Shown one piece after another: positions 11,601 to 23,031 of a stretch of 64,000 nt of DNA (position 1 is its first letter; each line of letters starts with the position of its first letter). The position numbers and the translations under genes are program-made. Origin of the DNA: Trypanosoma brucei. Lineage: Eukaryota. The stretch lies in the NCBI GenBank assembly GCA_000002445.1, contig CM000208.1, forward strand, positions 3,936,001 through 4,000,000, in the 5' to 3' direction. The notes below the pieces were generated by a model that ran no database searches, was not told the origin of the DNA, and was given only the letters and a program-made list of their open reading frames with translations.

Positions 11601-14600
11601 TCACAATTCGTAGTGCTCTCGTCGCGGTGGCTCCTTCCCCCTCCGTGAAAAATGCCGTGCAATCCACTTTTCGGAAGCCTCCCTTTTGACATCGTCAGGG
11701 TCATCAGCGCACACAGGCTTTATCTGCGTGTGAAATAGTCGTCGGCAGCTGTGGCGGAGCGTCGATGTCTCTAGTGGGTGCTCGCGTGGCTCAATGCGGA
11801 GGTGGGGATAGGACCGCATGATGCGGGAGTGTAGGGCTCTGACTGGGTGTTTGCTGTGATATACTTCCTCAGAACTGCGACGCAAACATCCGCCTCGTGA
11901 CTCACACATCAGCATGAATTTCATGATGCGCACAAGAGTGGTCGTCTTGAGTGGCAGGAGGTTTGCTTCCAGCAGAGAGTCCTCATTGCGCGTCCCATGC
12001 GGTATGCTAGCTATGATGCGACTGGCTTTGTGTTGCGCTGCTGCAAGGAGGTCGCGACTTCGTTCCGAAGCGTCCCAGTACCATACCTCAATGCCATACA
12101 TGGTGTGTGCCTGTGTGAGTGCTAGATAAAAAGCTCTCAGCACTTGTCGTCTTGGCCCCCATGTAGAAGCTGAGATGGTTGCTATCTGCAGTGGTCTGAA
12201 GTCCATCTTGCGTCTCGTTTCGGCCGTATGTGTTGCCATCCCCTGCAGACACTGGAATGTTACTCCTAGAAGCTTCGGTGTCCTGTCAGCTCCTATTCTT
12301 TCACCGTCCAGTTGTAATGTAAGGGGGTGGCGCTCTATACACCCGAAGAGTGTGCACTTTGTTTTCGCTACGTTGACAGACATGAAGTACTCTTTTGACC
12401 ACTGTAACACTACGTTGAGGCCGCATTGCAGTGTGTGGTTGATGACATCCCTCTCTGTGTGGCTCGCAAGTAGCGTTAGGTCGTCTGCAAAGAATCCGTG
12501 CTGCAGTAATGGCACTTCTGCAAGGCGTTGGCTCAACGAGTTCATGACAATAATGAACATGATTGGGCCAAGGACAGTTCCTTGTGGCACTCCTCGCTCA
12601 AATGTTCTGCTTCTGGAAAGCTTCTCCTTGAATCTCACTCTGCCAGTTCGGTTACTCAGAAATGATACGCACCACTTCACAATGTGGGGTGATACCTTCA
12701 TTCTGTGCATTTCCCTCGCAGTTTTGTCGTGGTCTACTGTATCGAATGCCTTCTCGTAGTCAACAAATACAGCACCCGTACGATATTGGTGCGTTGGACG
12801 GCAGAGGGCAGCGCGGACGTGCAGCAGTTGTTCGAGTGTTGAGCATCCGGGGCGAAAGCCTGATTGCTGCGGCGTCAGCTGGGACTCAACAGTGTCTCTA
12901 AGTCTCGCGGCAATTGTGTGCTCCATGACTTTGCAGAGACAGCTCGTGAGCGTCACAGGCCTGTAAGAATCGAGGTCCTCCGCCTTTTTTCCGGCCTTCA
13001 GGATGGGGATGATAACACCAGTCTTCCATGCAGGCGGGACGACTCCCGTTCGTAGGCTCTCATTGAATAGCCTCAGAACAACATTCAGCGCTGTTCTACC
13101 GAGATGTTGCAGTGCCTCGTTGTATAAGCAATCATGTCCGGCTGCGGATCCACTCGGTAGCAGTTTGATCAATCTCCGTAGTTCAGCCATCGTGATGGGA
13201 CTGAACTCACTCGCTATCGTCTTTATGGGTGCCGGTGGGTGTGAGTCGGGGTGCCTTCTTGCGCGGGACGAGTACAGTTTACTGAACCTCTCAGCTTGAC
13301 GGTAGTCCGTGATGGCCGCGTTATCTACAAGTACAGCCGGTGTTGTTAGTGGTCGTGGCGCATATATCTTCTTGACAATGTGCCAACTGCAGCGGTCTGA
13401 CACCGCAAGTCTGGAGCATAGCGTGCTCCATCTCTTCTTTGTGGTACGGTCCAGGATCTGCTTACGCGTGGCTACCAACTTTTCCCTTCGGTGGGAGGGT
13501 CCGCATCCAGCGATCTCTTCATCGAGTTTCGCGAGCTCAGGTGTCCAATGTGGTGGCGTTGCTCTGCAGCCACGGGGGACGGAGACCTTCGTCGCAATGC
13601 GGATGGCGGAGCTCAATTTCTGTTCCAGGGTGTTGACGTTCTTCTCTCTACCAATTTTCCTGCAGAGCTCGTCAACCTTGAGACGGAAATTCCTCCAGTC
13701 AGCTTTTAGCCATGCGTACATGGGCTTTCGAAGCCGCGGGCAACTCAGTGCATCTGTGTCGTCTCCAACGATAACGTCGAAAAATATGTGATGGTGATCG
13801 CTATCGGGAGAATACAGCGATGTCCACGTGTACACTGTGCAATTCCTTGACAGTGTCACATCAGGGGTGGACTCCCCGTGGTGGCGCGCGTACCTGGTGC
13901 ACTCACCAGTGTTGCAGACCAGAAACTGGTTGTCAATGCACCGCTGTGTGAGGGTTTCACCCTTGGTATTTGGTGGGCTCGCGCGATCCCATGCCAACGC
14001 GTGTGCGTTAGCGTCTGCACCGATGAGCTGGGCACCGTCAGTCGTCAGAAGCGTATCTAGGTCAGTTGCCGTGAAGGTGTGTTTTGGTGGGATGTATGCC
14101 GACGTGACAGTCAGCGCCGTTCCACGTGCAAGGTGAATTGTTGCATGCACTTGTTCAATGCGACCAACAAGGGCCATACCGGTCTCGACTGGTAGGTCCT
14201 CCCTCACTAGTATTGATACACCACCTCCTTTGCAGTTACAAGCTATTCCGTGATGTTGGTAGCCAGCAACGCTAAAGCAACCCGCCTCTCCAGGCGTCAT
14301 CCTTGTCTCGCTCAACAGACAAAAGGCGATCCGCTCATCAACAAGGGTTTTGTGGAGTGCTAATCTCTTTCCTTGAGATAGCCCGGCGCAGTTCCACTGC
14401 ATCCCGCACAACGACGGGCCGGGATTCTCTTCCACATCACCGGAAAGCAGCATCTTAGTGCGGATGATACTGCTGATGGCACGCTGGTACGTGCCCCGGG
14501 ACCGACAAATGAAGAACGGTGTCCCAACAAGACGCTGCTGATCCCTGTGCTGTATGATGCCGTAGCCGGAGCACAGCAGTGTTCCCCATGAAAGGAACGC

Positions 14601-14669
14601 TGCTGGCTCTTGGCTTCCCCCGATGATACGGGGTACTGGACCCTGGAACCACGTTGAGGTGGCCGGCAT
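11601..14669 (-). CDS. ingi ORF: N-terminal 2A peptide, AP endonuclease and reverse transcriptase polyprotein (intact 1022-aa frame)
   Basis: MLLSGDVEENPGP (2A consensus D[V/I]ExNPGP) at aa 72-84. The AP endonuclease/RT region contains the RT signature HGFFADDLTLLASH. Confidence 0.85.
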   Translation of the reverse strand: MPATSTWFQGPVPRIIGGSQEPAAFLSWGTLLCSGYGIIQHRDQQRLVGTPFFICRSRGTYQRAISSIIRTKMLLSGDVEENPGPSLCGMQWNCAGLSQGKRLALHKTLVDERIAFCLLSETRMTPGEAGCFSVAGYQHHGIACNCKGGGVSILVREDLPVETGMALVGRIEQVHATIHLARGTALTVTSAYIPPKHTFTATDLDTLLTTDGAQLIGADANAHALAWDRASPPNTKGETLTQRCIDNQFLVCNTGECTRYARHHGESTPDVTLSRNCTVYTWTSLYSPDSDHHHIFFDVIVGDDTDALSCPRLRKPMYAWLKADWRNFRLKVDELCRKIGREKNVNTLEQKLSSAIRIATKVSVPRGCRATPPHWTPELAKLDEEIAGCGPSHRREKLVATRKQILDRTTKKRWSTLCSRLAVSDRCSWHIVKKIYAPRPLTTPAVLVDNAAITDYRQAERFSKLYSSRARRHPDSHPPAPIKTIASEFSPITMAELRRLIKLLPSGSAAGHDCLYNEALQHLGRTALNVVLRLFNESLRTGVVPPAWKTGVIIPILKAGKKAEDLDSYRPVTLTSCLCKVMEHTIAARLRDTVESQLTPQQSGFRPGCSTLEQLLHVRAALCRPTHQYRTGAVFVDYEKAFDTVDHDKTAREMHRMKVSPHIVKWCVSFLSNRTGRVRFKEKLSRSRTFERGVPQGTVLGPIMFIIVMNSLSQRLAEVPLLQHGFFADDLTLLASHTERDVINHTLQCGLNVVLQWSKEYFMSVNVAKTKCTLFGCIERHPLTLQLDGERIGADRTPKLLGVTFQCLQGMATHTAETRRKMDFRPLQIATISASTWGPRRQVLRAFYLALTQAHTMYGIEVWYWDASERSRDLLAAAQHKASRIIASIPHGTRNEDSLLEANLLPLKTTTLVRIMKFMLMCESRGGCLRRSSEEVYHSKHPVRALHSRIMRSYPHLRIEPREHPLETSTLRHSCRRLFHTQIKPVCADDPDDVKREASEKWIARHFSRRGKEPPRREHYEL
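14418..14441 (-). other. 2A self-cleaving (ribosome-skipping) peptide DVEENPGP within ingi ORF
   Basis: Reverse complement of ggccgggattctcttccacatc encodes DVEENPGP, followed by S. Confidence 0.85.
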
Positions 14670-14949
14670 CGTCAGGGGGTACAGCAGAAAAACGCCGGCG
14701 GCGAAAGCAGCAAACTAATAGCCAACGCGACACAAGCAACAGCGTGGACAACAGCAAACGGCAATCTAAGAACTGCAATGGGAAAATTACGCGGCGGTTT
14801 TCCAAAAGGAACTGCACACAAAGCAACAGCGCAAGCGATCATCTCAGCAGAGACAAAATCCATTCCCTAATCCGAGTAGCAAGCAACATAGGATACCTAG
14901 GCTGGTACGCACAGACGGGATGCGACGGCAGCCCTGACAACGGATTGTG

Positions 14950-15543
14950 TGTAAGGTAAAATAGAGAAATCACAAACACGGTAGATAACTTCAAATAACT
15001 AACTTTTGCAGCCGACTTATACACCGCGGCAAGCCTAATAGAGAAAAGACAGGCAGCACTCAAAAAGGCTGAAGCAACAAAGGCTGCAATTGCGGCAGCA
15101 GTTGAATTAGCATACGGCGCCCACGGTGAAATAGCTGCTCTCACTGCACTAACGGCAGTGACACAACCCCCGGTAAAACAAAATGACATAAAAGACAGTG
15201 ACGCAGTTTTAAACAAGCAAAAAGAATGCGAAGGAATAACAAAAGCAGCTGACTGCAAAAACAATGGAAACTGCAAATGGGAAGGACCTGATGAAAAAGA
15301 CGGAAAACACTGCAAATTTAATATGACAAAGTAGAGCAACAAGAAACACATGCAGGAACTGGAGGGATACAGACAGGTAAAAAGTGTTCTGATCACACTA
15401 AAAAAGAGGCATGTGAGGCAGAGAATGTGGGACTAGCCCCGGGACAAAAGGCTAAATGTGGCTGGATTGAAGAAAAGTGCAAAAATTCTAGTTTTCTCGT
15501 CAATAAGAAATTGGCTGTTAGTATGGATGCCATCTTAATATAA
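14950..15543 (+). pseudogene. VSG 3' fragment (C-terminal domain + GPI signal), 5'-truncated at the ingi boundary
   Basis: Encodes ...ECEGITKAADCKNNGNCKWEGPDEKDGKHCKFNMTK*, then (after a frameshift) ...[54 protein letters not shown]. There is no N-terminal domain upstream before the ingi end. Confidence 0.75.
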
Positions 15544-15618
15544 GGAGAGTTTCAAGGATTTTCCCCCAACTTTTTGAAATTTATGAAATTTGCCATTTTG
15601 AGAGAATTTGCTAAATTT

Positions 15619-15634
15619 TGATATATTTTAACAC
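15619..15634 (+). promoter_or_regulatory. VSG 3'UTR 16-mer, perfect (TGATATATTTTAACAC)
   Basis: Exact match about 75 bp after the VSG stop. Confidence 0.85.
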
Positions 15635-15794
15635 CTTTTGATAAAATTTTTAAAATGTTGAAAAATATGAAATTTTGATAAAATGTATATGATTGTGGCA
15701 TGTGGGTATAAGGAAGTATCGTGATAATGTATAAAAATTAGTGCTATTATAATTTGATTTATTTCACTTATTTTACGGGAATCACTTAAGGTCA

Positions 15795-15900
15795 TAATAC
15801 TAAGAATAATAAGAATAATGATGAAATTAATAATGATAATGATAATAATGATAATTATTTGAGAATATTGTGAGTGTGGATATACGAATATTATAATAAA
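15795..15900 (+). repeat. 70-bp repeat(s)
   Basis: AATAATGATAATGATAATAATGATAATTATTTGAGAATATTGTGAGTGTGGATATACGAATATTATAATAAAC. Confidence 0.8.
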
Positions 15901-16538
15901 CATGCTGTGTAAAACTAAGTGGATAAGTAAATGAAAGCACATAAAACAATGTAAATGGGGTTTTGAGAGCAAGTAAGTGAGTCGAACTATGGAAGACACG
16001 GAACGAAAAAGAGTATTACGAATTTTATTACAAAAACACACAGAAAGAATGAAAGCAAATGATGTGAATTATGCGGAATTTTAAACCTATCGTCACGGTG
16101 GACGTGATGAAACGGAAGCAGAAATGGTGGAGACTGTGGTCTTTTATTTATGACAGCGGAAAAGTTCTTTATAAACGAAAAATTGTCAGTTTGTACATTT
16201 GAATTATAGTATTCGGAAAAAATATAAAGAAATAACTGTAGAAGGAAATGGCTAGCTTTTTCTGAACATATAATGACGCAGCATATGCCGTCGGCTGAAC
16301 AGCCATGAATTTCAACACCGAAAGAATAACAAAATGCAGAGACAATGGGTAAAAGAGAGTTCAGTATTTTTTAACACAATCTGCAACTTATGTTTTTCCA
16401 GAAAAATTGCCGACAACAAAGTTGTATTGCCTCATGAGTGAGGACATAACGCGAGATACCTGTAAAAACAAGCAGAACCCCTGAAAAAAAATGCCAATAA
16501 ACAACGCCTACCATAACCAACTTAAGTGTTAGCAAAAG

Positions 16539-17899
16539 ATGCGGAAAAGCAATCTGACAACATTATTTCGAGTGTTGTTATTAACCGGTGTCTATCCTAT
16601 AACAAATGTACACGCCACGAACGAACACAAAGGGTTAACGGTAGAAACGGCAGTAAAGGTCTGCCTTTTCAGCAACAGGATGAAGGAAACGGCAGGTTAT
16701 GTCGCAGATAAAACAAGAGAGTTTGTCAGCAACACAGACCGACTACGACAGCTAGCAAGTGACATAACAGCGGCGGCACACGGCGACAGCAGCCAATGGA
16801 CACCAGGAGCGAAGTTCACGGCACTTCTTGCAGCAAAGACAGCGACGGACCGGCAGACCGTTACGGAACAACTCACAACAGAAGCGACAAAAGCGGCGGC
16901 AACATACGGAATGTTAGCCGGGCGCATTGAAGAGTTTGTCCAAGTTTTTTATCAAGCGCACAGACAGCAAGGCACAAGGTGCTGGTACAAAACCGGCAGC
17001 GAACGGACAGCAGCCAACGTCCCATGCCTAGATGCCAATGACAAGCTCAAAAAGGCGGCATCACTAGAAAACAAGGCAAGGCCCGACCTAAATACGCCGT
17101 ACAAAGCGCTTGGAAACCTGCAGAGCGGCGGAGCCCACACCAGCGAAACTAACTGCAAACTTCAGAACGGAGCCGCTGACAAAAATGTATACCTTAACAG
17201 CCAAACCAACAATCCGCAAATTAAATGGGGAGGCGGACTCTTTACAACCCCCAACAGCGACCGCGTGATAGCAAGCACAGACTGGGGGCCCAATGGCAAA
17301 GCAGGTGTAACAGCGGGCACATAAAAGGAGTGCGAAAACAACATAGCAGCATTTGACAGAACCGCCGCAACTGTAGAAGCCGATACGCAAATGCAAATCA
17401 AACTGGAAGGTGACGAGACCCCAACACCCGACCCAAAAGATATAGCAAAGGACGAATTCCACAAAGATATCCCCAAAAATAAACTAACGATAACGGCGGC
17501 AGACCTCAAAACAGTGCATGCCAAACTACAGCGATTCATAAAAAGCCACAACAAGGAGGAAGAGAATCTGCGAGGAGCACAGCTGCAGTTTTTGCAACAG
17601 CAGCTGCAATTAAACAAAACGACATGCGAACTAGGGGCAAAACACACCCCGAAAGATTATTGTCAAGTCACTGATACAGAACCACCAAAGTGCAACGACA
17701 AGGAACAGGAAGAATGCAGCACCACTAAAGGTTTCGAATGGAAAAACGACACTTGCAAGATCATCGAAAAAAGACAAAAAGAGGTAGCAGAAAAAGCAGA
17801 CCAAGAAAAGGAGGGAAGGATGGACAAACAAACATCACAGGAAGCAATTCTTTTGTCATTAAAGCTTCCACTCTTTTTCTTGCATTTTTGCCTCTGTAA
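16539..17899 (+). pseudogene. VSG pseudogene (frameshifted)
   Basis: 261-aa N-domain ORF with a signal peptide and cysteine pattern, ending at 17324. The continuation 17391-17924 is in another frame and has a CxC-rich C-domain (CNDKEQEECSTTKGFEWKNDTCKI). The GPI-signal region ends at TAA 17897-17899. Confidence 0.75.
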
Positions 17900-17921
17900 A
17901 ACTCTTAGGAGCTTTTCTGTT

Positions 17922-17937
17922 TGATATATTTTAACAC
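17922..17937 (+). promoter_or_regulatory. VSG 3'UTR 16-mer, perfect
   Basis: TGATATATTTTAACAC. Confidence 0.85.
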
Positions 17938-18334
17938 GTAAAAGTTATCCTGAATAATAATGTGTGTTTCTGTAAAGTTTCTGACTCTAGCTGTTATTTT
18001 TTCCTGATGGAAGAAATTCTCTTTCTTTCATCTTTTTAAAAATTTTTAGGGTTAGGTTTTTTAACCATTTTTAATTTTATTTTTGCGTATTTTGGCGTTT
18101 TTATTGCCAATTTTTTAATTTTCGAAACTTACAATTTTAGAAAGTTTGCTATACTTTAATAAACATAGATATATTTTAAAACTTTGAAAAAAACATAAAT
18201 TGAAGAAATGAGAAAATTTTTAAAAATACGAAAATTTTATTAAAATATGTACAGTAGTTGCCTATAGGTGTAATGTATTATAATGATATTGTATTAACAA
18301 TGAATGTTATTCTAATACGGTTCATTTTTTATGG

Positions 18335-18412
18335 ATATTAGTTAGGATTATGATAGTAATGATAACAGTTATAATGATAATGATAGGAGAGAGTTGTGAG
18401 AGTGTATCATTT
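18335..18412 (+). repeat. 70-bp repeat (single degenerate unit)
   Basis: GATAATGATAGGAGAGAGTTGTGAGAGTGTATCATTTTTGTAACG, preceded by the TTTATGGATATTAGTTAGG boundary motif. Confidence 0.6.
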
Positions 18413-19188
18413 TTGTAACGATAGTGATTCAAATCCAGGACTAACAGGCGAATTGTAGGTGATAGAAACTGTTGAATCACACTTTAATGACACTCATAGT
18501 ATTTGGAAAGTTGTACCTACTGCTCTTTCAGAAAACACAGTAACAAAATCATATGCACCCAAAACTCAGCGAAGAAACTAGAAGTGTTGGAAGCGACTTT
18601 GGAGGATAGATTAATAGCGCCAAACCCGCTGTAATATGAAAAAACTAAAAATATGGGCACAGATAGCGGACAAAACAGCAATATTAGAGCAAAAAAGCCA
18701 GAACCTACTACAGACTCAACAATAGAATGTGTTTATGCGGATATAATGTGACTATAGTGTTGGCTGTCAAAACTGCTGGGATTTCCAGCAGAATTAGGCA
18801 ATGTCTATGATGTTTCAAGAAGATGACAGTAGAAAAGCATAGAGGGGAACGGCAAATGCAGCAGAGTTTATTTTGTGAATTTGTTTGTGGAAGCGTAAGA
18901 AGTTCCATGAAAACTAATAGCAGCAGACACCAAGGGCAGTTCAAGCAGGCGGAGGCATCACAGCACAGCACGGAGATCAAGCTTCCTGCATGAAAAAGCA
19001 ACACCCTCTTTTTTGCCTAAAAATCTTCAACAAAGCAGCCCAACGTTCGCTGTTGACCCCAGACACCAAACAGCATTGATGGGAAATTGCTAAACGACCA
19101 GGGAGCACAAAATCTTGGTGCAACCCCTTCTTTCTGATCAACAGGCAACCTTCTGTACATGTTCATTCAAAAAGAAAGAGCAGAAGAG

Positions 19189-20594
19189 ATGGACAAGCTC
19201 ATGTACCTAACGGCGGCAGCAGCCACAATAATGTTCCACGGAGCGAGCATTGGCGATGCAGCCGATGACCAATAGGCCGAAAACGCACAAGAGTTTGGAG
19301 CGCTCTGTAACTTAATTCGGCTAGCCTCTAAGGGCTTCGATAGTACAGAGATAAAAGTTGCAGACAAAGCAACGCAGCTAGAGGCCGACATACAGCGAGC
19401 GGAGATACTAGCTTACGACAACAAAACAGAGGTAGAAAAACGAGCAAAGGAAGGCACAGAAGGACTTAACAAAGGTGACAAGGCGCTGCCAAAAACTCCA
19501 GTGGGCATAGCAGCAGCAAAGAAAATAAACGAAACAGCGAAGGCGGCAGCAGCCTTGATATCGGCGCTGAAGGACAAGATCAAAAAGGTCGAAGCTGCCA
19601 CGGCCACGGCAAACAAACTCCTTTTCAAAGCAGTGTGGGGAAAAGAAGAAAAGCCGCCGGAGTTAAGCGCAGGTGCCACCTTGCTAGCAGAGGCCAACGT
19701 GCAAGCGATTTTCGGCGACGCGGCTTCAAGCGACAGGACAAAAAACTGCGGAGGCGCCAGGTTCACGCCGATGGCAGACACAAACGTCGGAAAAACGCTA
19801 ATTAACGACTTATTCTGTCTTTGCCTAGATGGAGTTGCCACTATGAAAAACTGCGGCACCAGCAACCATGGCACGGACACAGCAGCTGCCAACTTTCGCA
19901 CACCGCATACCACCATAAACAGCAAATGGGATACTTTGATGACGGAGTGTCCAGCACCACCAACGAAAGTCACAGCAGCAGCTCTACAGGCGGCGCTTAC
20001 AAGCCTCGTCTCGCTCATTGGAGAAAACAAACACAAAACCACGACCAGGACAGAAAACAACAAATACTTTCTCGGTTGGGCAGATACGACAGCTACAGGC
20101 TGCAGCGGCGCGACCAAACAGATTTGTGTAAACTATGCCCCATGGACAAAATCAGCAGCAAACACCGAAATCCGCTGGTAAACAGAAGTGCGGCAGGCAA
20201 TCGAAACAGCGCCAACAGCAGCAACCGAATCAGACATTACTGCCACCATCAACACGCTAACGACAATGAACCTAAGTGTTTGGCACCTATATGAAGCTGG
20301 TTTTTCAGCAAACACAAAAAAAGACAGTGAACCAACAAACGACAAATTAGCACCTGTAGCACAAGTAAATGCAAGAAGCACAAATTAAAGAAGACCTGTG
20401 AAGAAAAGGGTTGCATATGGGAAGGAAAAGGTGATACATATTGGGAGTGCAAACCTAAAGATGGGGAAGGACAGACAAATGAAGCAGGGACACAGGGAGC
20501 TGAAGCATATGGTAAAACCACAAACACCACAGGAAGCAATTCTTTTACCATTAATAAGGCCCCTCTTTTGCTTGCATTTTTTGTTCTAGCATAA
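19189..20594 (+). pseudogene. VSG pseudogene (in-frame stop at codon 30 plus frameshifts)
   Basis: MDKLMYLTAAAATIMFHGASIGDAADDQ* is followed by AQEFGALCNLIRLAS. ORF 19501-20181 has LFCLCLDG. The C-domain has CEEKGCIWEGKGDTYWECKPKDG and the GPI signal ...GSNSFTINKAPLLLAFFVL*. Confidence 0.8.
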
Positions 20595-20631
20595 TCTCCC
20601 TCTCAACTCTCCTTTCTACTTGATATATTTT

Positions 20632-20647
20632 AACACGTAAAAGTTCA
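20632..20647 (+). promoter_or_regulatory. VSG 3'UTR 16-mer, perfect
   Basis: TGATATATTTTAACAC. Confidence 0.85.
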
Positions 20648-20865
20648 CCGAAAAGTTATTAATATTTTTTTGTAAAAATTGTGAATGCGCGTGTGAATTT
20701 TTATACTAAATTAAAATTTATTCCTTTTCTCTTGTTAAGTTTTTAAATTTTTTGCTCTGGTTTTTTACAAGTGCTTAGGCATAGGATTTTTAAGCTTTGT
20801 TTTTCATTTAAAATTTATTTAAAATTTTTATGTTCTCAGTTTTATTTTTTGTTGTTGGGTACTAT

Positions 20866-21065
<200 letters not shown>

Positions 21066-23031
21066 TGATGCTAAAGACTAAATGCACGGTCAAGGATAGA
21101 AACACTTACACTCATTAAAAGGGGTTAATGAGAGTAAGTGAGTGAGATAGATCGGTGTATATTTTTATTAAAATAAATGAAAAGAAGATAATTTAGTATG
21201 GCGATCCAAAAAATAAACATGATGCTGGGCATAATGATACACAAGAAGAAGGATGGGACAACATGTGATACAAAATACAGTGTGTAGACCGATTGGGGTC
21301 GGTACGTTACAGCAGTGATAGCTGCAGGAGATGAAAAATAAGAAAAGAAAAAGCGGAATGAAAAGACGTGACACTTAGCAAGCTAATTCAAAGAATGCAG
21401 CAGGTAAATGGCACATAATTTCTCTAAACTTCCCTCTTTGACAAGTAATAACACAAGCAAACGATAAACGGCATAAAGCCAGCTAAAAATGCTTTTAACC
21501 TTACAAAAGGTGCAAAAACCAAAAGCACATTTAGAAAAAACAGCAAGTCGAAGAATGCACCAAACCTACATAAGAAAACAAGAAATAAAAAATATTTCAT
21601 CGTAATATAGTGTAGAAAGAATAAAAACTAATGGCGCTTTCGGAGAGACCAATTGTCGAAGTTATTCGATAAAAGAAAGCATTTCATTGTTTTATATGTT
21701 ACAAAGTGCAAACGCTTGCCAATATAAGGCAAATAGAAAACGTATAGTATTAGAATAGAGGTGACTTACAAGAGTGAAATTGATTTAATTTTATAAAATC
21801 GAAAATAAAAATTCCATCCATTTATACACAGTATTTCATTACCCTGAAAGTTTTATATATCGAGAAGTTTAAAATAAAGAAAGGTAGAGTGGAATGAAAC
21901 TGACAGTGGCGGAAAGATTGCACTTAGAGGTCACTATATAGAACTCAGAAGATACAGCTGCATGTGGTGTTGCATCTTGGGTGGCAAGGGCAGATGCACT
22001 TTAGCGTCCGCAAAGTCAGGCAGTAATGTCCAGCCCTGATGTAACACCAAGTTTACAAGTGGCAACATCCCGGTCAGCAAACCACAAGCTTCATCCATAC
22101 TGTTTTGCGAACAAAACGGATTAAAAAAGCAACCAGTAGCAGAGTTTGTGTATTGGAACACATTTCTGTGGGTGTTAATTTAAAAATAAGCCTGTGGTTG
22201 TCACTCTAGATCATCGACAAGCATGAGATATTAGGAGGAAATGGCGACAGAGAGGCGTAGAAAGACAATGGGAAAAAATTTTTGTGTTGCAACCTGAAAT
22301 GAGATAGGGAATAGAAAAGGAATTTTAAGAGGGGAAAACACAAGGAATATGAAAGAGAAGATATGGGACAGAACTCAATTCACTAGTCAAGCCTCAAATG
22401 TGTGGCCGAGACTGCCACACAACATGGCAATGTAATAACAGAATTGCAACCACCAACCAACAACAAGAAGCGAAAACTTATGCTGCATGCCCAGCTATTT
22501 CCGCCGCATATTTCACGGATCACTCAACAGCTGCTCCGCGCTAGCAATCTGTAGGCTGATGGAGACAACAACAAGGCGCAGAGACTTACTTTCCAACTAA
22601 AATACGCACTGCAGGATATATAACCAACAACCGTCGCAAGGCATCGTGACGTGACAGTGGAAGCAGGCTACACAACATACACAGAATCTAAGCAGCTTCC
22701 CCCCAAAGGTCAGAAGACCCTACCACTTATGTCTTCTGGCAGCGACAGCAAGAAAAAGTCGCTGCAGAGGGGTTATATAAAGCGGCTCAAAACACCGCAG
22801 CTTACAACACAAAATACTAAAGACCAGCACCACCATGTTCCTCAAAAGAGTATTTTTTTTGCAACACAGTGCAGGAAGCAGGAGAGAAAATGTGCTGGAA
22901 CAGGGAACTTGAAACACCAAGCAACACTGGATACGCAGCTTTTTTACTCCTTGCATTTTTCAAAATAAGTCCCAGTGTTGACAGACTAACCTAAGACACC
23001 CGTGTCCCTCAAAACAAACAGCTAAGCCGGC

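Larger units (their letters stand above)
9410..14940 (-). mobile_element. ingi non-LTR (LINE-like) retrotransposon, near full-length, with RIME-type ends
   Basis: On the minus strand, in order: 1022-aa ORF with 2A + AP endonuclease + reverse transcriptase (FADD motif), an RNase H segment, a C-terminal C2H2 zinc-finger segment, then about 450 bp of 3' sequence ending in an A-run (T8 on the plus strand at 9412-9420). Total about 5.5 kb, consistent with the 5.2-kb ingi. Confidence 0.85.

Noticed and set aside
10068-13791. Multiple plus-strand ORFs inside the ingi (10088-10456, 11177-11689, 12175-12759, 13309-13791, etc.)
   Set aside because: They are antisense to the clearly homologous ingi APE/RT/RNase H/ZF reading frames and are GC-rich random ORFs
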